Source: Eledone cirrhosa
Taxonomy: Eukaryota
Length of the DNA stretch: 64,000 nt
NCBI GenBank assembly: GCA_964016885.1
Contig: OZ024741.1
Coordinates: 203,050,001-203,114,000, forward strand
Reading direction: 5' to 3'
Notes under the pieces: generated by a model
What the model saw: only the letters and a program-made list of their open reading frames with translations
Told to the model about the DNA's origin: nothing
Databases searched by the model: none
In this document: positions 29,181 through 45,120 of the stretch, piece by piece
Layout: each line of letters begins with the position of its first letter
Numbering within the stretch: the first letter of the stretch is position 1
Translations under genes and position numbers: made by a program

Positions 29181-29859
29181 TACATTGCAAGTAGCTGAGT
29201 ATTCCACAGACATGTGTACACTTAAGGTAGGTCTAAGGGAAATTCTGCATTAAACAGTACGTGATAGGGCTGGTTCTTTGAATTACAAATACAATTCATT
29301 TTTGTAAGCTGAGTGAATTGGAGCAACACGAAATAGCGACTTGCTCGGGGAATCAAACTGATGACCATACGATAATAAACCGAAAGACTAACCATTGAAA
29401 TGGGTGCCTTCACTTGAATACAATGGCATGAGATGGTAGAAACAATGGCAGATGACAAAACTGTGACATGTAACTAGAACAGCTGACATTTAAGACAAAA
29501 AGAAAGAAGTAGGTTAAGATGTTTGACTACAATACCTGCAGTTGTTAAAAGTTGATCTGAGATTTGACAGTAGCATTTGACTACTCGTCACATGTTACAA
29601 TTGTGACATGTAACTATGGCAAGTGACATTTGACACAAGAGATCAGAAGCGGCAGGTATTTGATGTTAGAACCTGCAGTTGTCAAAGTTGATGGGAAATT
29701 TGACAGTAGCTTTGACTACTCTACACATGATTCAACACTGGCATACTCACTCCCACCTCTTCATCCTCCTCTCTTACTCTCTCTCTCTCTATATATATAT
29801 ATATACGTGTGTGTGTACATATGTATGTGTGTATATGTGTGTGCATGTGGATATATATA

Positions 29860-29908
<49 letters not shown>

Positions 29909-30136
29909 GTACCAAGGCTTTTTGCCCATATGAGTCTGTGAGTATTGATTTATTATTTTTTAGATCGTACAGGCAGACTTTATGTTGTTGAATTAAGATT
30001 TTTCACTCTAGTGATCTTATTAGTCAATTGCAACTAAAACATGTAAATGTTCATCAAATATTAATTTATACTGCTCAGAAGCGATTCCTAGAGCTGAAAT
30101 GATTGTAAATGACCCCCATTGAGTCTAAACTCTAAG

Positions 30137-30204
<68 letters not shown>

Positions 30205-30809
30205 GTGTGTGTATATATATGCAAGTGTGTATATGTGTGTGTGCATATGTGTGTATATATATATATGTAAAAGACATACAGAAGTAATAAAGCAAAAGAC
30301 ACAGTATAATGAAGAAATATATTATTAGCTTTAGGCTTGATATAGTAGGAACAGAGTCTTAACGTTTTGAACGTTAGTCTTTCATCAGAAAAGAGAATGT
30401 GAAATTAAAGAAGAAATAGACAGATTGAGGATACGGGCAGGGTAGAAATGAAAAAAACATTTATTTAGAGAAAAATAACAGGTCCATTCATGGTGCCATC
30501 TCTTGGAAAACTGTTAATGCTGGCGTTTTGTCTATGATATACTTTTTTGAAAAGGTAGTAATACACACACACATATATATATATGTGTATGTATATATCG
30601 ATCCACTTTCGTCAAATCGGACCGAGGAAACAATGTTTCCGTCGGTCTTTCCAATTGCTAATGCTATCTATCGGTCGCAACTCCAGGTACAAGGAACAAC
30701 GCGAAATAAAGTGTCTTGCTCAAGGACATAACGCTCCGCCTGGTCCAGGGATCGAACTCACAACCACAAGATTGTGAATCCAATTCTCTAACCACTCAGC
30801 CACACGCCT

Positions 30810-30934
<125 letters not shown>

Positions 30935-31523
30935 GGTTTACCACAGTTAAAACAATGTACCTATACGTTGGTAGGGCATAGATATCTTTATTATATATAA
31001 AGATATGACGTCTACATGAGTGGAACTATTTCATTCGTATGAAACAGTACTAATCCTGTAGAAGTCATTTCAATATATAATAGGCAGGAAGTGCTGTTTA
31101 TTGGTATAATAGAAAGTCACACCCAGATACTGATACTTTTATCCGTTTCAGTATTCGACTCTCTATCTAGTTTCATAAATACTTTCTTTGTCATCGGTAG
31201 TGTCGTAATATATGAAGGCATGTGATTTAGTGGGTAAGGTCATGAGTTTGATTCCTGGACGTGATGGCGTGCTGTGTCTTGGAGCCAGACATAATTTTAC
31301 CTTGTCACAGTCTACTCAGTTGGAAAAATAAGTTGTGCCTCAATTCAAAGGACAACTCTTGTTACTCATTGTCACGCTGAATCTCCCTTAGAAATAAGTT
31401 GAGTGCGCGTATTTGTAGACTGCTCAGTCACTTTCTCGTTGATTTCATGAGTAGCCTGTTTCATTGATCGAACAATTAAAACACTCGTTGTCGAAACCGA
31501 CAGAGGTTCAACACACGTACATG

Positions 31524-31626
<103 letters not shown>

Positions 31627-33089
31627 GCACCCCACAAACATTATAAACATGAAATATATTATATCAACAAACATTGTGTAAAAACAAGCGAATATTGATG
31701 AGCAACCAAAATTGAATGCTGTTCAATGGTTTATGTATTCATCTCGATGTATGGTGTTTCAAGCACTAATCGACTAGTTTTACTAGCTGAGTGCCAGTCG
31801 CGAGTGGTGATATTTTGAGCCAGGCACCGCTGTGGGGTTGGGAGGCCAAGTGAAAATATGCCTGATGGTGCTGGTCAAACCGGTGCACCAGTCCGTTAAA
31901 GTATCGAAGTAGCAGAGTCGTTTGATAGTCGGATAGATTAATTTGTATAGTTACCATAATTGTTTCTACTTTTGGCACAAGGCCAGCAATTACCCAGTGT
32001 ATTACTGGTACTTTATTTTATCAACCCCGTAAGGACGAAAGGCAAAGTTAACCTCGGCGAGATTTGAACTCAGAATGGCAAGGGCCGTAACTCAATGCGT
32101 CAAAGCATGGCGTCCGACCCTCTACCGATACTGCCAATCCACCACCCTAATGGCCACGAAGTAGCAGAGTCGTTAGAGTGTCGGATAGAATGCTTTGCAA
32201 TATTAGTTCCGGCAATATTTGTTCCGCCGAGGTCAACTTTGCATTTTATCCTTTCGAGGTTGATAAATAAGAAATTAGTTTAGTTGGTTTAAGTTTGTTG
32301 TATTCGTTTAATTTTATAGATATGTTGGTATATTATATTGTATAATATCTCTGATACTATGTGGACGAAGATCCTTGTTGGAAAGTCTCTGATACGAAGG
32401 GCGTCTCTCATGAAGAGATTAGTTAATATAACTAAGGCTTTAGTTGAGGTGGATTTTTCGTTTTTTAGATTATGTTTAATGATAGCGTATTATTGTTTTG
32501 CTTGAAAAGTATAATAATCTTGTATTTTGTCTACACTGTTTTGTGGGTTCGTATAGGCATTTTATGAGTTTGATTTAAAAAAGGTACCAGTCCAGTACTG
32601 GGGTCGATTCATCCTCTCTATCTCTTTCTCACTACCCCTCTATCCCTTTCTATCCTTCTCTGGAGGAAATCTGTTGTGTTCAGACCTGGAAAGAAGTTGG
32701 GTTTCGCCAGGCTTAAAATATCCTAGAAACGCCGTATACCTCTACGGCACCACTATGACTCCACCAGGAGATATAGGACCATGCGTGCATAGATATTATA
32801 TATTTAAAGGGTTCGGATTGGATAATTACTTATTTTATATTGGATAAGTTATGGGAGATAACTCGTTCTTTCTTGGTTCACTTTATGGGTGTTATTCTTA
32901 TTAGCAGCTAAATGTATGTTTGGGTATGTGATGGGTCCAAAGGAAGTAGTTTTTCAGAGAAAGTAAAATGGTGGAAGTTGTGAGTTCTTTGCCTCTGTTT
33001 TCGGTTACTGCTGGGTTGGCTTGTGACATCGTGGTTGATAGATGTTTGACGGATACAGTTTGATATTTTATTATTAATTTAGTTCAGAG

Positions 33090-33680
33090 TATGGTGGATT
33101 GGTAGTATCGGGAGAACGGCGGACAACCAGATTCGCGATATCGAGTTATGGCCCTTTACGTTCTAATTTAGCTTTGCCTTTCATCGTTACGGGGTCGATT
33201 TAATCAATTTTTTCCCTTCCCTCAAAAATTGGTGGCCTTGGGTCTAAATCAAAAACCATTATTAATTTAGTTCACGGGCGGTGAATTGGCAGTATCGGTA
33301 GAGGGTCGGACATGCTTCCCAGCATAGTTACGTCCCTTTACGATCTGAGTTCAAATCCCGCCGAGGTTAACTTTGCCTTTCATCCTTACAGGGTCGATAA
33401 AATAAAGTACCAGTAATGTACTGGGATAATTGCTGGCCTTGTGCCAAAAGTAGAAACAATTATTAATTTAGTTCCGAGCGGAGGAGTGACAGTATCAGTA
33501 GAGCGTTGGACAACATGCTTTGCAGCATACATTCTCAGTTCAAATCCAACCGAGATTAGCTTTGCCTTTTATCTTTAAAATAAAGCACCAGTAATGCATT
33601 GGGGTCGTTTTAGTCGATTTTCTCCTTCGCCAAAATTGTTGGCCTTGTGCCTAAATGAGAAACCATTATTAATTTAGTTC
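33090..33680 (+). mobile_element. Three stacked SINE copies with a repeated target duplication
   Basis: 'attattaatttagttc' (or a near match) at about 33069, 33258, 33458 and 33665 separates the copies. Confidence 0.85.
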
Positions 33681-34571
33681 GGTTTGTACATTTTAATTTT
33701 CAACTCTAATTTAATATTACTTATCAAATCTATACAAATTTCTGTTATCGACAGGACTGACCTCATCAGGCTATTTTTAAGTTTGGGGTTAGAATGGTAC
33801 ATTTTATCGTATATTGTGCAGTGTATTTTGGACTCTTGCTTAAATTTGCTTTATTACTGGTTCGGAATTTAATGATTTATTCTGAATTATGTTTTGTTTA
33901 CTGGATTTATTGACTGATTATCTCAAGTTCCAGTTAATTTTAGTTGAATTTCATTTTCTTGGTGGACTCGGTTTTGGGATGCATGGACGACATCCATTGG
34001 GTATGATTGGATGTGTGTTTATTGTTTGGTAGTTTTATGATAAAGTGTTGTGCAGAGTATATGTTGCTTATTTATCCAATAGTCACAACCTTTGTGACTA
34101 CTGGAAACTGGGTACTAAGGGTGATTGTGGCCTGATAAAGTATGCCTCTTAGTACCAGTATAGTGGGTTAGTTTTTATTACGTTATTGTCTTTCTGTGGA
34201 ATGTTTAAATTTGGTTTAGCCAAATTTCTTGGTTATGAGTTCCAGGTTTTGTTGACTAAACATGACATATTTGGAGGTTGATTTGCTTGTGATGGTCGTT
34301 GAAATATTGTGTTAAAAGCTATGTTTTGTGGCTGAGTAATTGCGTTTGCGTCGTAGGTCTTGGTTGGTTTCAGGTTGTGGTATTCATTTACTATTGTTTG
34401 GTGGGGTTGTGAGTGAACATTTTTATGTAATGATGTATTGTTAAATCATTAGTTTAAGAAAATTGTGTTAAACGTGATATTAGTATATTGAGCAAGGTCA
34501 AAAATGAAATAAAATTACTAAAAGTATTAGGTTACCGCTTGTGTATGTGTGTTTCTATCTATCTATCATTC

Positions 34572-34616
<45 letters not shown>

Positions 34617-34640
34617 AAGAGAATGCCACGTAATATGACA

Positions 34641-34830
34641 GCTGCAGCCTGATGACGTCTGTCACTTCCATACCAGTAATTAGAATAGCTGTTATGTATG
34701 GTAGTCTGTTTGGGGCATGGTTCTGTCTAGTGTGCTAGGTTAAGTCGGGTTTATGTGTATAAAAGGTATTTGCTTGAATTCGCTAATAGCGTTCGAGTCA
34801 TTTTGAGTTTATGATAGGGCGTTTAATGCA
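34641..34830 (+). repeat. Unclassified dispersed repeat (second copy at about 58672-58913)
   Basis: Shared start 'gctgcagcctgatgacgtc' and shared end 'gtttatgataggg(c/t)gtttaat'. Confidence 0.6.
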
Positions 34831-34857
34831 CACAACAACAACAATAACACACACACA

Positions 34858-34931
<74 letters not shown>

Positions 34932-34993
34932 AACATACATACACCCATACATACATACAAACATACATACATACATACATACATACATACATG

Positions 34994-35067
<74 letters not shown>

Positions 35068-35341
35068 CTTGTATCATATCTGTATACAGATCGGAGGCGT
35101 TGTCGATATATCTGGTGGAGAGTGGCAGCCTCATGGAGAGATGGCAACCATTACATAAACAATTGCAGTATTTTATAACCACAAAATACCGAACTTCGTC
35201 GTATGTTTGTAGCACATATAACCAAGGAAGACTTTGCGATTTTAAATAATGATAGAGCAGTGATTCTCAAACAGAAGGATTTTCAAATCATAGGATCTGA
35301 ATTTTAACTAAGGGAAGAATCCAAACTGAGAAAGAATAGTG

Positions 35342-35384
<43 letters not shown>

Positions 35385-35519
35385 TGTATGTGTGTGTGTA
35401 TGCATTGTTATACTTTGGGAGGGTTATGTTGCCAATAAAAACACACGCACCTGTTTGTTTTCACTTCAATTTATTATAAATTTCGGTTGGTTGGATAACC
35501 GGAAGGTTGTTTATATATT

Positions 35520-35562
35520 GTCAAAGCTCTTTCGTCACATATCCTATGACCTCCTCAGTGAC
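35520..35562 (-). ncRNA. Minimal hammerhead ribozyme
   Basis: Minus strand reads GTCA CTGAGGA gGTCAT-aggatat-GTGAC GAAA GAGC TT TGAC. A decayed relative is at about 43909-43950. Confidence 0.75.
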
Positions 35563-35998
35563 TAGGGTTTTATTTTGTGCGTCACTCATTTGTTCTGTCC
35601 TACACCATTTTGTTTTGGTGTGTTGTGTGTTGTGTGTTTAGTTTGCGCATGCGTTACTACCGCGTGTGTGTGTTTTTTTATTTATTCATTTATGTGTGTG
35701 TGTTTATTTATTTATATATATATATATCCAATACATTCTGTGTATATGTATTTATGTTCCTGTCTGTAAACGCTAATATGTTTATGTGATAAAGTATACG
35801 TCTTCTTACCTTTTAAGTATATGTGCGTGGTTTAGTGTGTCTGCTTACGTTCTGGATATTTATTGTTTTTTTATATATATTTCTTTATATATTTTTTCTA
35901 CCCTCCTTTTTCGTCCGTTTGTTTCTCAGCCTCACTTTCATATTTCTTAAATATTTTTGTTTCAAATCCATATTTAATAAAAACAGCATGTTTTTCTA

Positions 35999-36059
35999 TT
36001 CATTCTGACGACTGAAAACAGCTATAATATCTGCTTTCAAGAAACCACTGGTAAATGAA
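35999..36059 (+). ncRNA. Hammerhead ribozyme at the end of a TG-rich PLE-like 3' UTR
   Basis: TTCATT CTGACGA cTGAAAaCAG..CTGcTTTCAa GAAAC CA c TG GTA AATGAA, about 30 nt upstream of (TA)n. Confidence 0.8.
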
Positions 36060-36089
36060 ATAATTATCTTATGTTGTTTATTACATAAC

Positions 36090-36542
<453 letters not shown>

Positions 36543-36593
36543 TTTATAACCCCCCCCCCCCCCCACACACACACACACACATACACACACACA

Positions 36594-37050
36594 ATAATAA
36601 TAAATGTGAATAGGGCTCGATAAGGATAATATAAATATATATCAAATATATAAGAACCATAGAGAAAATATTTATTAAAATAATAGATTAAAGTTTAAGC
36701 AAAGAATTGCTGCTTTCACCCTTAACGGGATCTACAGACACTAAAAAAATCAATCTGCGGACGCAGTAAATATTTCGAAAAACGTTGCAACCGAAGGAAA
36801 ACAGGAACACGATACTTTGGTTTGTAAAGACGTTTCCTGGCAATGAACGGAAAAAACTCCGGAGCTGAGAATCATTCGGTCTCCTAAATAGAATAATGAA
36901 TCCATTTATCCTATAAACGTGGTTTTGTTTTTTTTGTCTTTGCTTGAAATTGTTCTCACCGCTCCACATAAAGACGTATTATCTTCGCTTTTTCAGAAGA
37001 CCCCGTTAAGGGTGAAAGCAGCGATTCTTTGCTTAAACTTTAATCTGTTA

Positions 37051-37058
<8 letters not shown>
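36594..37058 (+). mobile_element. 5'-truncated copy of the long PLE with an inverted pseudo-LTR segment
   Basis: 36594-36856 is the reverse complement of the long PLE's 3' end (about 55120-55310) joined to its 5' leader (52102 onward). 36858-37058 matches 54990-55305 directly, with an internal deletion. Confidence 0.85.
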
Positions 37059-37103
<45 letters not shown>

Positions 37104-37719
37104 AGAATAGAAATGGCTGTGTAGTTGCTATTTAAGGTAACTTAAAATGCTATGGGAATACGAATAAAGCAAGAAGGGGGGGGGGGGGGTCCTCATCAGT
37201 TGTCTACTGGGGGTCTCGGATATTTCTACGCTTTAAAGACAAGATATCTACCGCCCAGCGCGTTCAATAACTGGGTAAGTTATTGGGAAAAGGGAAGAAG
37301 GATGGAAAGAAAGCAATGGGGAAGAAAACAGCGAAAGAAAACAACAAACCGAGCAATATGCGAGCAACTATAGGTGGGGAATCCAAGACCACTCGATAAG
37401 AGAACTTAAGTTCAAGACTGAGTGGTCAAGAGGAAAGAGACACACGTCCGGTCGCCGCAGTTGTGAGTGAGAAGAGAACTGCTAAACGGTCAGGCGAGGG
37501 GGTGAAAGTGAGGAGGGAGAAAGGGAGAGGAAGAAAGTGGGGTAAGAGTAGATAGGGATAAAGGGAGGGGAAGAAAGAGGGGTGAGAGTAGAAAGTAGCG
37601 AAATAGTAGGTAGAAGGGGAGAGAAGAATGATGAAATATATGGAGAATAGAAATGACTGTGTAGTTGCTATTTAAGGTAATTTAAAATGCAGTGGGAATA
37701 TGAAAAAAGCAAGAACGGT

Positions 37720-37769
37720 GAGCTGTACTGATGAAGGATGATACCCAGAAACATTAGTGTCTGCAGTTC
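37720..37769 (+). ncRNA. Minimal hammerhead ribozyme (GUC site)
   Basis: GAGCTGTA CTGATGA aggatgataccca GAAAC A ttag T GTC TGCAGTTC; 8-bp stem I including G-U pairs. Confidence 0.8.
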
Positions 37770-37901
37770 TGTTTACATGCCAACACAAGAGCAAGAATGA
37801 AGGGTTCATTCTACTGACATGGCTTTAAAAATGAGGCTTGTTTGCATAATTGCAAACGAATCGAATGTTATTATTAATATTTGAAAAACTCAGATTACAT
37901 T

Positions 37902-37943
<42 letters not shown>

Positions 37944-38081
37944 AGTCTTAGGGCGGGTCATATTGTTGTAATATTGCCAAAAATAATAACAGAACACACT
38001 CACTGTTTGATTGGTTTTAAATATAAATATAAATATATATATATATATTTAAAAAAATAGAGGTGTAACACACGAGTTGTG

Positions 38082-39621
<1,540 letters not shown>

Positions 39622-39732
39622 TGAGAGAGGATAACAATATATCGTTAAAGGTAATCCGATAAGAGGTTGTGAAGACTACTTATCATGGATAGTTTAAGCG
39701 TACGGTGCTGTGTAGCTCAACAAGAGGCTTAC

Positions 39733-40163
39733 GAACAATTGTTTCTATGATAGAGTTGTCTAAAAATTGACAAACACTGAAATTAGTGACACTCAATTTA
39801 AAAACATGTAACCTCCATCATTTCGTCAGAGAACTGGTAAAAAATACAAAATATATGCGTAACGGTAAATTTATAAATTCAAATTACTACATCAATAATA
39901 ATATTAATAATAAAGATAGAGAGAGAAAGATAGAGGGAAATAAAGGAAGGGGGACAGTAGTAGCCATAGAAGATGCAGGAATATGAATAGAAACTACTTA
40001 TGGTTTAATCCAATGTTTAACTCCTCTATTAAAACTAAGCTTCCTTTCACTTTCTTTAAATTAGTTGACAAAAACTTCCCTAAAATTCATAAATTTTAAA
40101 TTGAGTGTCACTAATTTCAATGTTTGTCAATTTTTAGACAACTCTATCATAGAAACAATTGTT
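39733..40163 (+). mobile_element. Inverted-tail cassette containing a PLE coding fragment
   Basis: Arms 39733-39803 and 40094-40163. The spacer encodes 'NYLWFNPMFNSSIKTKLPFTFFKLVDKNFPKIHK', homologous to 'IIWYNPPYNMEVATPLAKIFLSLIMKHFLPAHK' of the long PLE. Confidence 0.8.
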
Positions 40164-40583
40164 AAACTAAATAAATTTCCTTGTGTTGACCATGTTATTC
40201 CTCACTTTTTCAATATTATATATATATATATATGAAAAATATTGGGGAGAAGAATACTGCATGGTTGCACATGGATTACATGTTATAAAATGAGTCCCTC
40301 ATCAGTGATTTGCCAACGATCATTGGTATTTCATCGCATTAAAAATCATATACCTCACGTTGGTGCGACAATAATTAAAATAAGTTATTAGGACAATTGA
40401 AACGCGTAAAGCGAGTGAGACAAGTAAACAACACAGGGGAAAGCTAACCGAAGATGGAAAGAAACACAAGCAACATGGTTATTCTGTCAGCATAAGCTGT
40501 GTGAATATATGAGCGAGTTAGAAATAGACCTTTCGTTAGTGAATCCGATGTTAGAAAGAAGGAAAATCGGGTTATATATATAT

Positions 40584-40643
<60 letters not shown>

Positions 40644-40791
40644 TTCTTTATATATATATATATAAAGAGAGAGAGAGAGAGGGGGGGACAGAGTTACAGG
40701 TAGGTGACACACATGAAATTTCAAGTTCCCGGTTTTCTTCTTTTTTTAAAAATAATCTTTCACCCCTCCCTCTCGAATGTAGACAGGAAAG

Positions 40792-40931
40792 GTGTGAACA
40801 CAGATCGACACTCAACCGATTATATCAGGGTTTATAGTGTGAACAAAGGTCGACACTCCATCGTTCATATCAAGGTTGATAGTGTGGACATTTTTCAACA
40901 CTCCACCGATTATATCAAGTTTGATAGTGAA
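40792..40931. repeat. ~45-bp minisatellite, 3 units
   Basis: Recurrent 'gtgtg(a/g)aca...acactc.a.cg.t.atatca.g.tt.atagtg'. Confidence 0.7.
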
Positions 40932-41366
40932 GAGGTATTCCGGGTGCAATGGGGAATAAAGCAGTCATTCGTAGAAATTAAGTGTTTTATATTTAAACTA
41001 ACTTACAAGAAGTCAGTCGGTGCGGCGTCCCTAATTCTTTACAAAAGACGAAATACTTTGATATTCTCTGTGGGATCTTGGTGTAAACACACACTTGATC
41101 GGGTTTCACAACTTATAACCTCAGCACTTATCAGAGATAAACAAATGTTGCTTGCAGGACAGGCCATTGGTTTCAGGAATTCAATAATTCCACATTGGAT
41201 TCAAACAATTCACTGTTTATATTTGTCTTGATGGGTCTGTCTGTCTGTTTGTCTGTCTGTCAGTTGGCCTGTCTATCTGTCTCTCTGCTTGACTTCGTAT
41301 GTATCTATTTTTCTGTCTGTTTCTCTGTCTGTCTCTTACTGACAATTCTCTAGCTAACAATGTTGT

Positions 41367-41400
<34 letters not shown>

Positions 41401-41741
41401 GTTGTTGTCTTTGTTGTTGTTGTTGATGATGTTCAGCTCATGGTCAGTACATCTATAATCAATGTCTTTTGAGGTGAGTGTCACGGACTTAATTAGCCAA
41501 TGAGTCATTTCCTTCCTCAAGACAGAGTAATTTGAAGGAGATTTGACTAGTATGTCTAACAGGTCCAGGGACCACATAGAGCCTTTTAAAAATGTTTGTG
41601 TCGATGTCTGTGTGCATATCGATAGATGTTATACTTTATCCCCCCCCCCCCCACACACACACATACATACACACGTGCATATACGCACACAGAAGCAGAG
41701 AGAGAGAGAGAGAGATAGAGAGAGAGTGAGAGAGAGAGAGA

Positions 41742-41814
<73 letters not shown>

Positions 41815-44113
41815 ATATCTATGTGTGTGTGTGTAAAGTATTTTTTCCATTTACATATATAGAGCAAGTGTAGAGTTGTTTTTGTTCAAAGCGTGTGATA
41901 ATACAATTGATTTAATACATATCAATATTTAGTAACAAAGACCAAGTGTGGACTAATAATGAACTAAAGTTGAAATAACAGGAACATTTCCATGCCTTAA
42001 AATTTAATGTAATATATATGTTGTGTGCTGCATAAATATCGCTTATTTAAACAATGGTCGACTTAAGAACTTTGCCAAACTAATGTACGTCATGCAAATT
42101 AGATTTTAGTTGACAAAGACACTGGATATTAATTTTGTTTCAGCTGAGCATACTGGAGCAATCTGAAATAAAAAAAAAAAAAGAACTGAACTCACTACCT
42201 TAAGATCGTTAGACGAAAGCCCTAACCACTAAGTTGTACGCCTTTACAGCTTTCATATATTCTTCATTTATGAATATATTTTAGCTATTCAGAGAATGGT
42301 GACATTTTCTCTTGGCGTTTTCTTTTTTAATGCTAAAATAACTTCCGATCGTTTAATATATGACTATTATTCTACATTTTCTCGCAACCAAATATTGCGA
42401 GAGGAAGCACGCTGAAAGATATTTAAGTTTCTATATAGTTACTATTTCTTTTGATAGTCTGTGGCACTCCATCCTTGTTGGCAGTGACCGCTATTCGCAC
42501 TAGCCACTTCACACATCAATCATTTTTTTCTTGTTCACTAAATTCCGCGACCATCTCAGATAATTATCATAAACAGCAGGGTTAGTGACGACCGGAAGTG
42601 TTTCCGGGTCTACTTGTCTCCTAGCTTGGATACTCCTTCCTGTCATACTGGGGTGCTGCCAACTGCGACAATGACAGCAACAGACATCTGTAGGAGACAA
42701 AATCTTGTTGAACCCCTACAGAGTCCTTCACAACATTGACTCCTACTTCGCTGCTTTCAATACAGGGAACATGGTAAGAACTGCCCTCCTCCTAGCTACG
42801 GTACCTCATAAGGAATAATATCATCCACAGTAACTAACTCTGAAAAATACATTTTTATGTCAAACGATTAGAAAACTTTATTGTTGTTTTGTTTTTATTT
42901 TCTTTAGTTATTTGTTTGTTTTGCGTACGCCTTTCTCTGTTCACTTGTTAAGTAGCGACGGAAACTGAAAATCTAAAAGAAATATTTGAAATGAGTAGCT
43001 TCATAGGGGATACTTTACATTTCAGCTCAAAATCTTTTGGCTATATACTTTTAACTCTTTCGTTGCCATATTTCCAATGAATTGCCTATAAATTTCAAAT
43101 CATTCTGAAAATATTTAATGCTTAGAGGGAATCAATAATATAAATAACTCTCTCACTATTTATATGGTGTTTGGAGAATAACATAATAATGGTTCTTATA
43201 TAAAATCTTGATGGAAGGTTTTAGATACACAAACATTTTAACCCTTTCGTTACCATTAAAGGTAATGCCTATAATTTTCCAATAATTTTCCAATTTAGTA
43301 ATGTAATTAACTTTATCATAAAAATTCTTACATAGGCTTTTAGATGAATATAAAAAACTATACACAATTAGCATCCAAGACCTAAGAGGGACTTCGTGCA
43401 GTTTAGTAAGAAAAGGGTTAAAGGAAGGAAATAGAATGTTCGAACGTTGTTACATTTCATAAGTCACCAGAGTAGGTGAAGCAAAAATAGATGTTTCTGG
43501 TGTGAATTGAAACTGGCTGACAGACAAAACGAGCCGTCCGCCATTCATCTACCAAAATATATATATGGGTATGGTGGTTTAGAGGTAAGTATTTCTAGAG
43601 CCATCTAAACTAAAATAAGATGAGATACCTTATTGAAAGAAACATTTAGCGGCATTACAGCTTTTTCCATAGCCTACGTTCCATAGCCTACGTTCTGAGT
43701 TCAAATCCCACCAAGGTTAGCTTTACTTTTCATCCTTACGGGATCGATAAAATAAAGTACCAATAACGCACTGAGGTCGATTTAATCGACTTTAACCTCC
43801 CCTAAACATTGTTGACCTTGTCCCTAAATCAGAAACCATTATTAGTTAGGTAACTAATCCAGTGCTCGTTTAGTTTAGTGACCAGAAGTTTATTTATCAT
43901 ACTTAATTGTCAAACTCTTTCGTCACACATTCTGTGAAATTTTCAATAACTATTCTTGTTCCCCTGTCTCTCATACTTGTTTTGATTTTGTTCTAATTAC
44001 ACCATAGATTAGTGACCTAACTAATAACTAATGATAAAACTGAAGTGAAACTTCAACTGGTGCGTCTTGGCAACATGACCTTCACAAAGTATAACTTCAT
44101 ATATACATTTGTG

Positions 44114-44172
<59 letters not shown>

Positions 44173-44180
44173 AATCACAA

Positions 44181-44244
<64 letters not shown>

Positions 44245-44861
44245 ATGTGTATAATCACAAATATACAGAGAGAGGGGTAAGAAGAGGAAGTGGGATGCAC
44301 AAAAAGAAAAATTGAGTAAAGGAACGGTAATAAGAATAAATTTGCGTTAAATTTTGCGTTTGTTTACGATGAATGGCTTTTTAAAAATCGTTTTGGTCTT
44401 CCATACAAAAGGTACAGTGTGTTGGAGCCTATAACCACCTGCCGATCACCACTGCTAGATGCTATATAGAATAATGATGAGGCGATAGCAATGATGGCTG
44501 ACAAAGATGATATTTATAAAAAAGAAACGAAAAATTAGGAGGCATACTGCGTTAATGTATTTAGCAGGTAACTAACCCGCGCAACTAGAACCCTGCAGGA
44601 TCACTTAGCTCTACTCAAAATGCTTACATGAAATTCCTGGAGGTCAGATGGAAAATGGATTGAGAAATGCGTCTTCGAGAATCTAGTTCAAAGTAAGAGT
44701 AATTGTTGTACTGGGATTTTGTGTAATAAAGGAAGTTTTAAAGATTAACAATTCTATTAGTAGTAACAATGTTCAAAACTTTGTGGGTATATATTATATA
44801 TTTTCTCAGATTTAAAGAAAACAAGTTAGTTTTTTTTTACAAAGAAAATATGTATAGTATA

Positions 44862-44926
<65 letters not shown>

Positions 44927-44930
<4 letters not shown>

Positions 44931-45073
44931 GAGTAATATTGTAGAATAATAAAACTATGCATATATCAGATAAGTACCACTCAACAGTTGGTAGAACTGG
45001 AGTATATATAATAAAGATGAAATAAAGATGGTTATAAGAGTTCTAAAATATATGGAACTCTTATAACCATCTT

Positions 45074-45080
<7 letters not shown>
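44927..45080. mobile_element. Minimal fold-back insertion between TA tracts
   Basis: Perfect 26-bp inverted repeat (45018-45043 and 45055-45080) ending at (TA)n. Confidence 0.65.

Positions 45081-45120
<40 letters not shown>

Noticed and set aside
33069-33680. CRISPR-like repeat/spacer pattern
   Set aside because: The 'spacers' are ~200-bp homologous SINEs and the repeats are target duplications. The context is eukaryotic with no cas genes.
33735-33780. Minus-strand CTGATGA...GAAA motif
   Set aside because: Stems I and III do not pair convincingly. It is at best a decayed HHR.
34648-34660. CTGATGA in the 34641/58672 repeat as an HHR
   Set aside because: There is no downstream stem II or GAAA.
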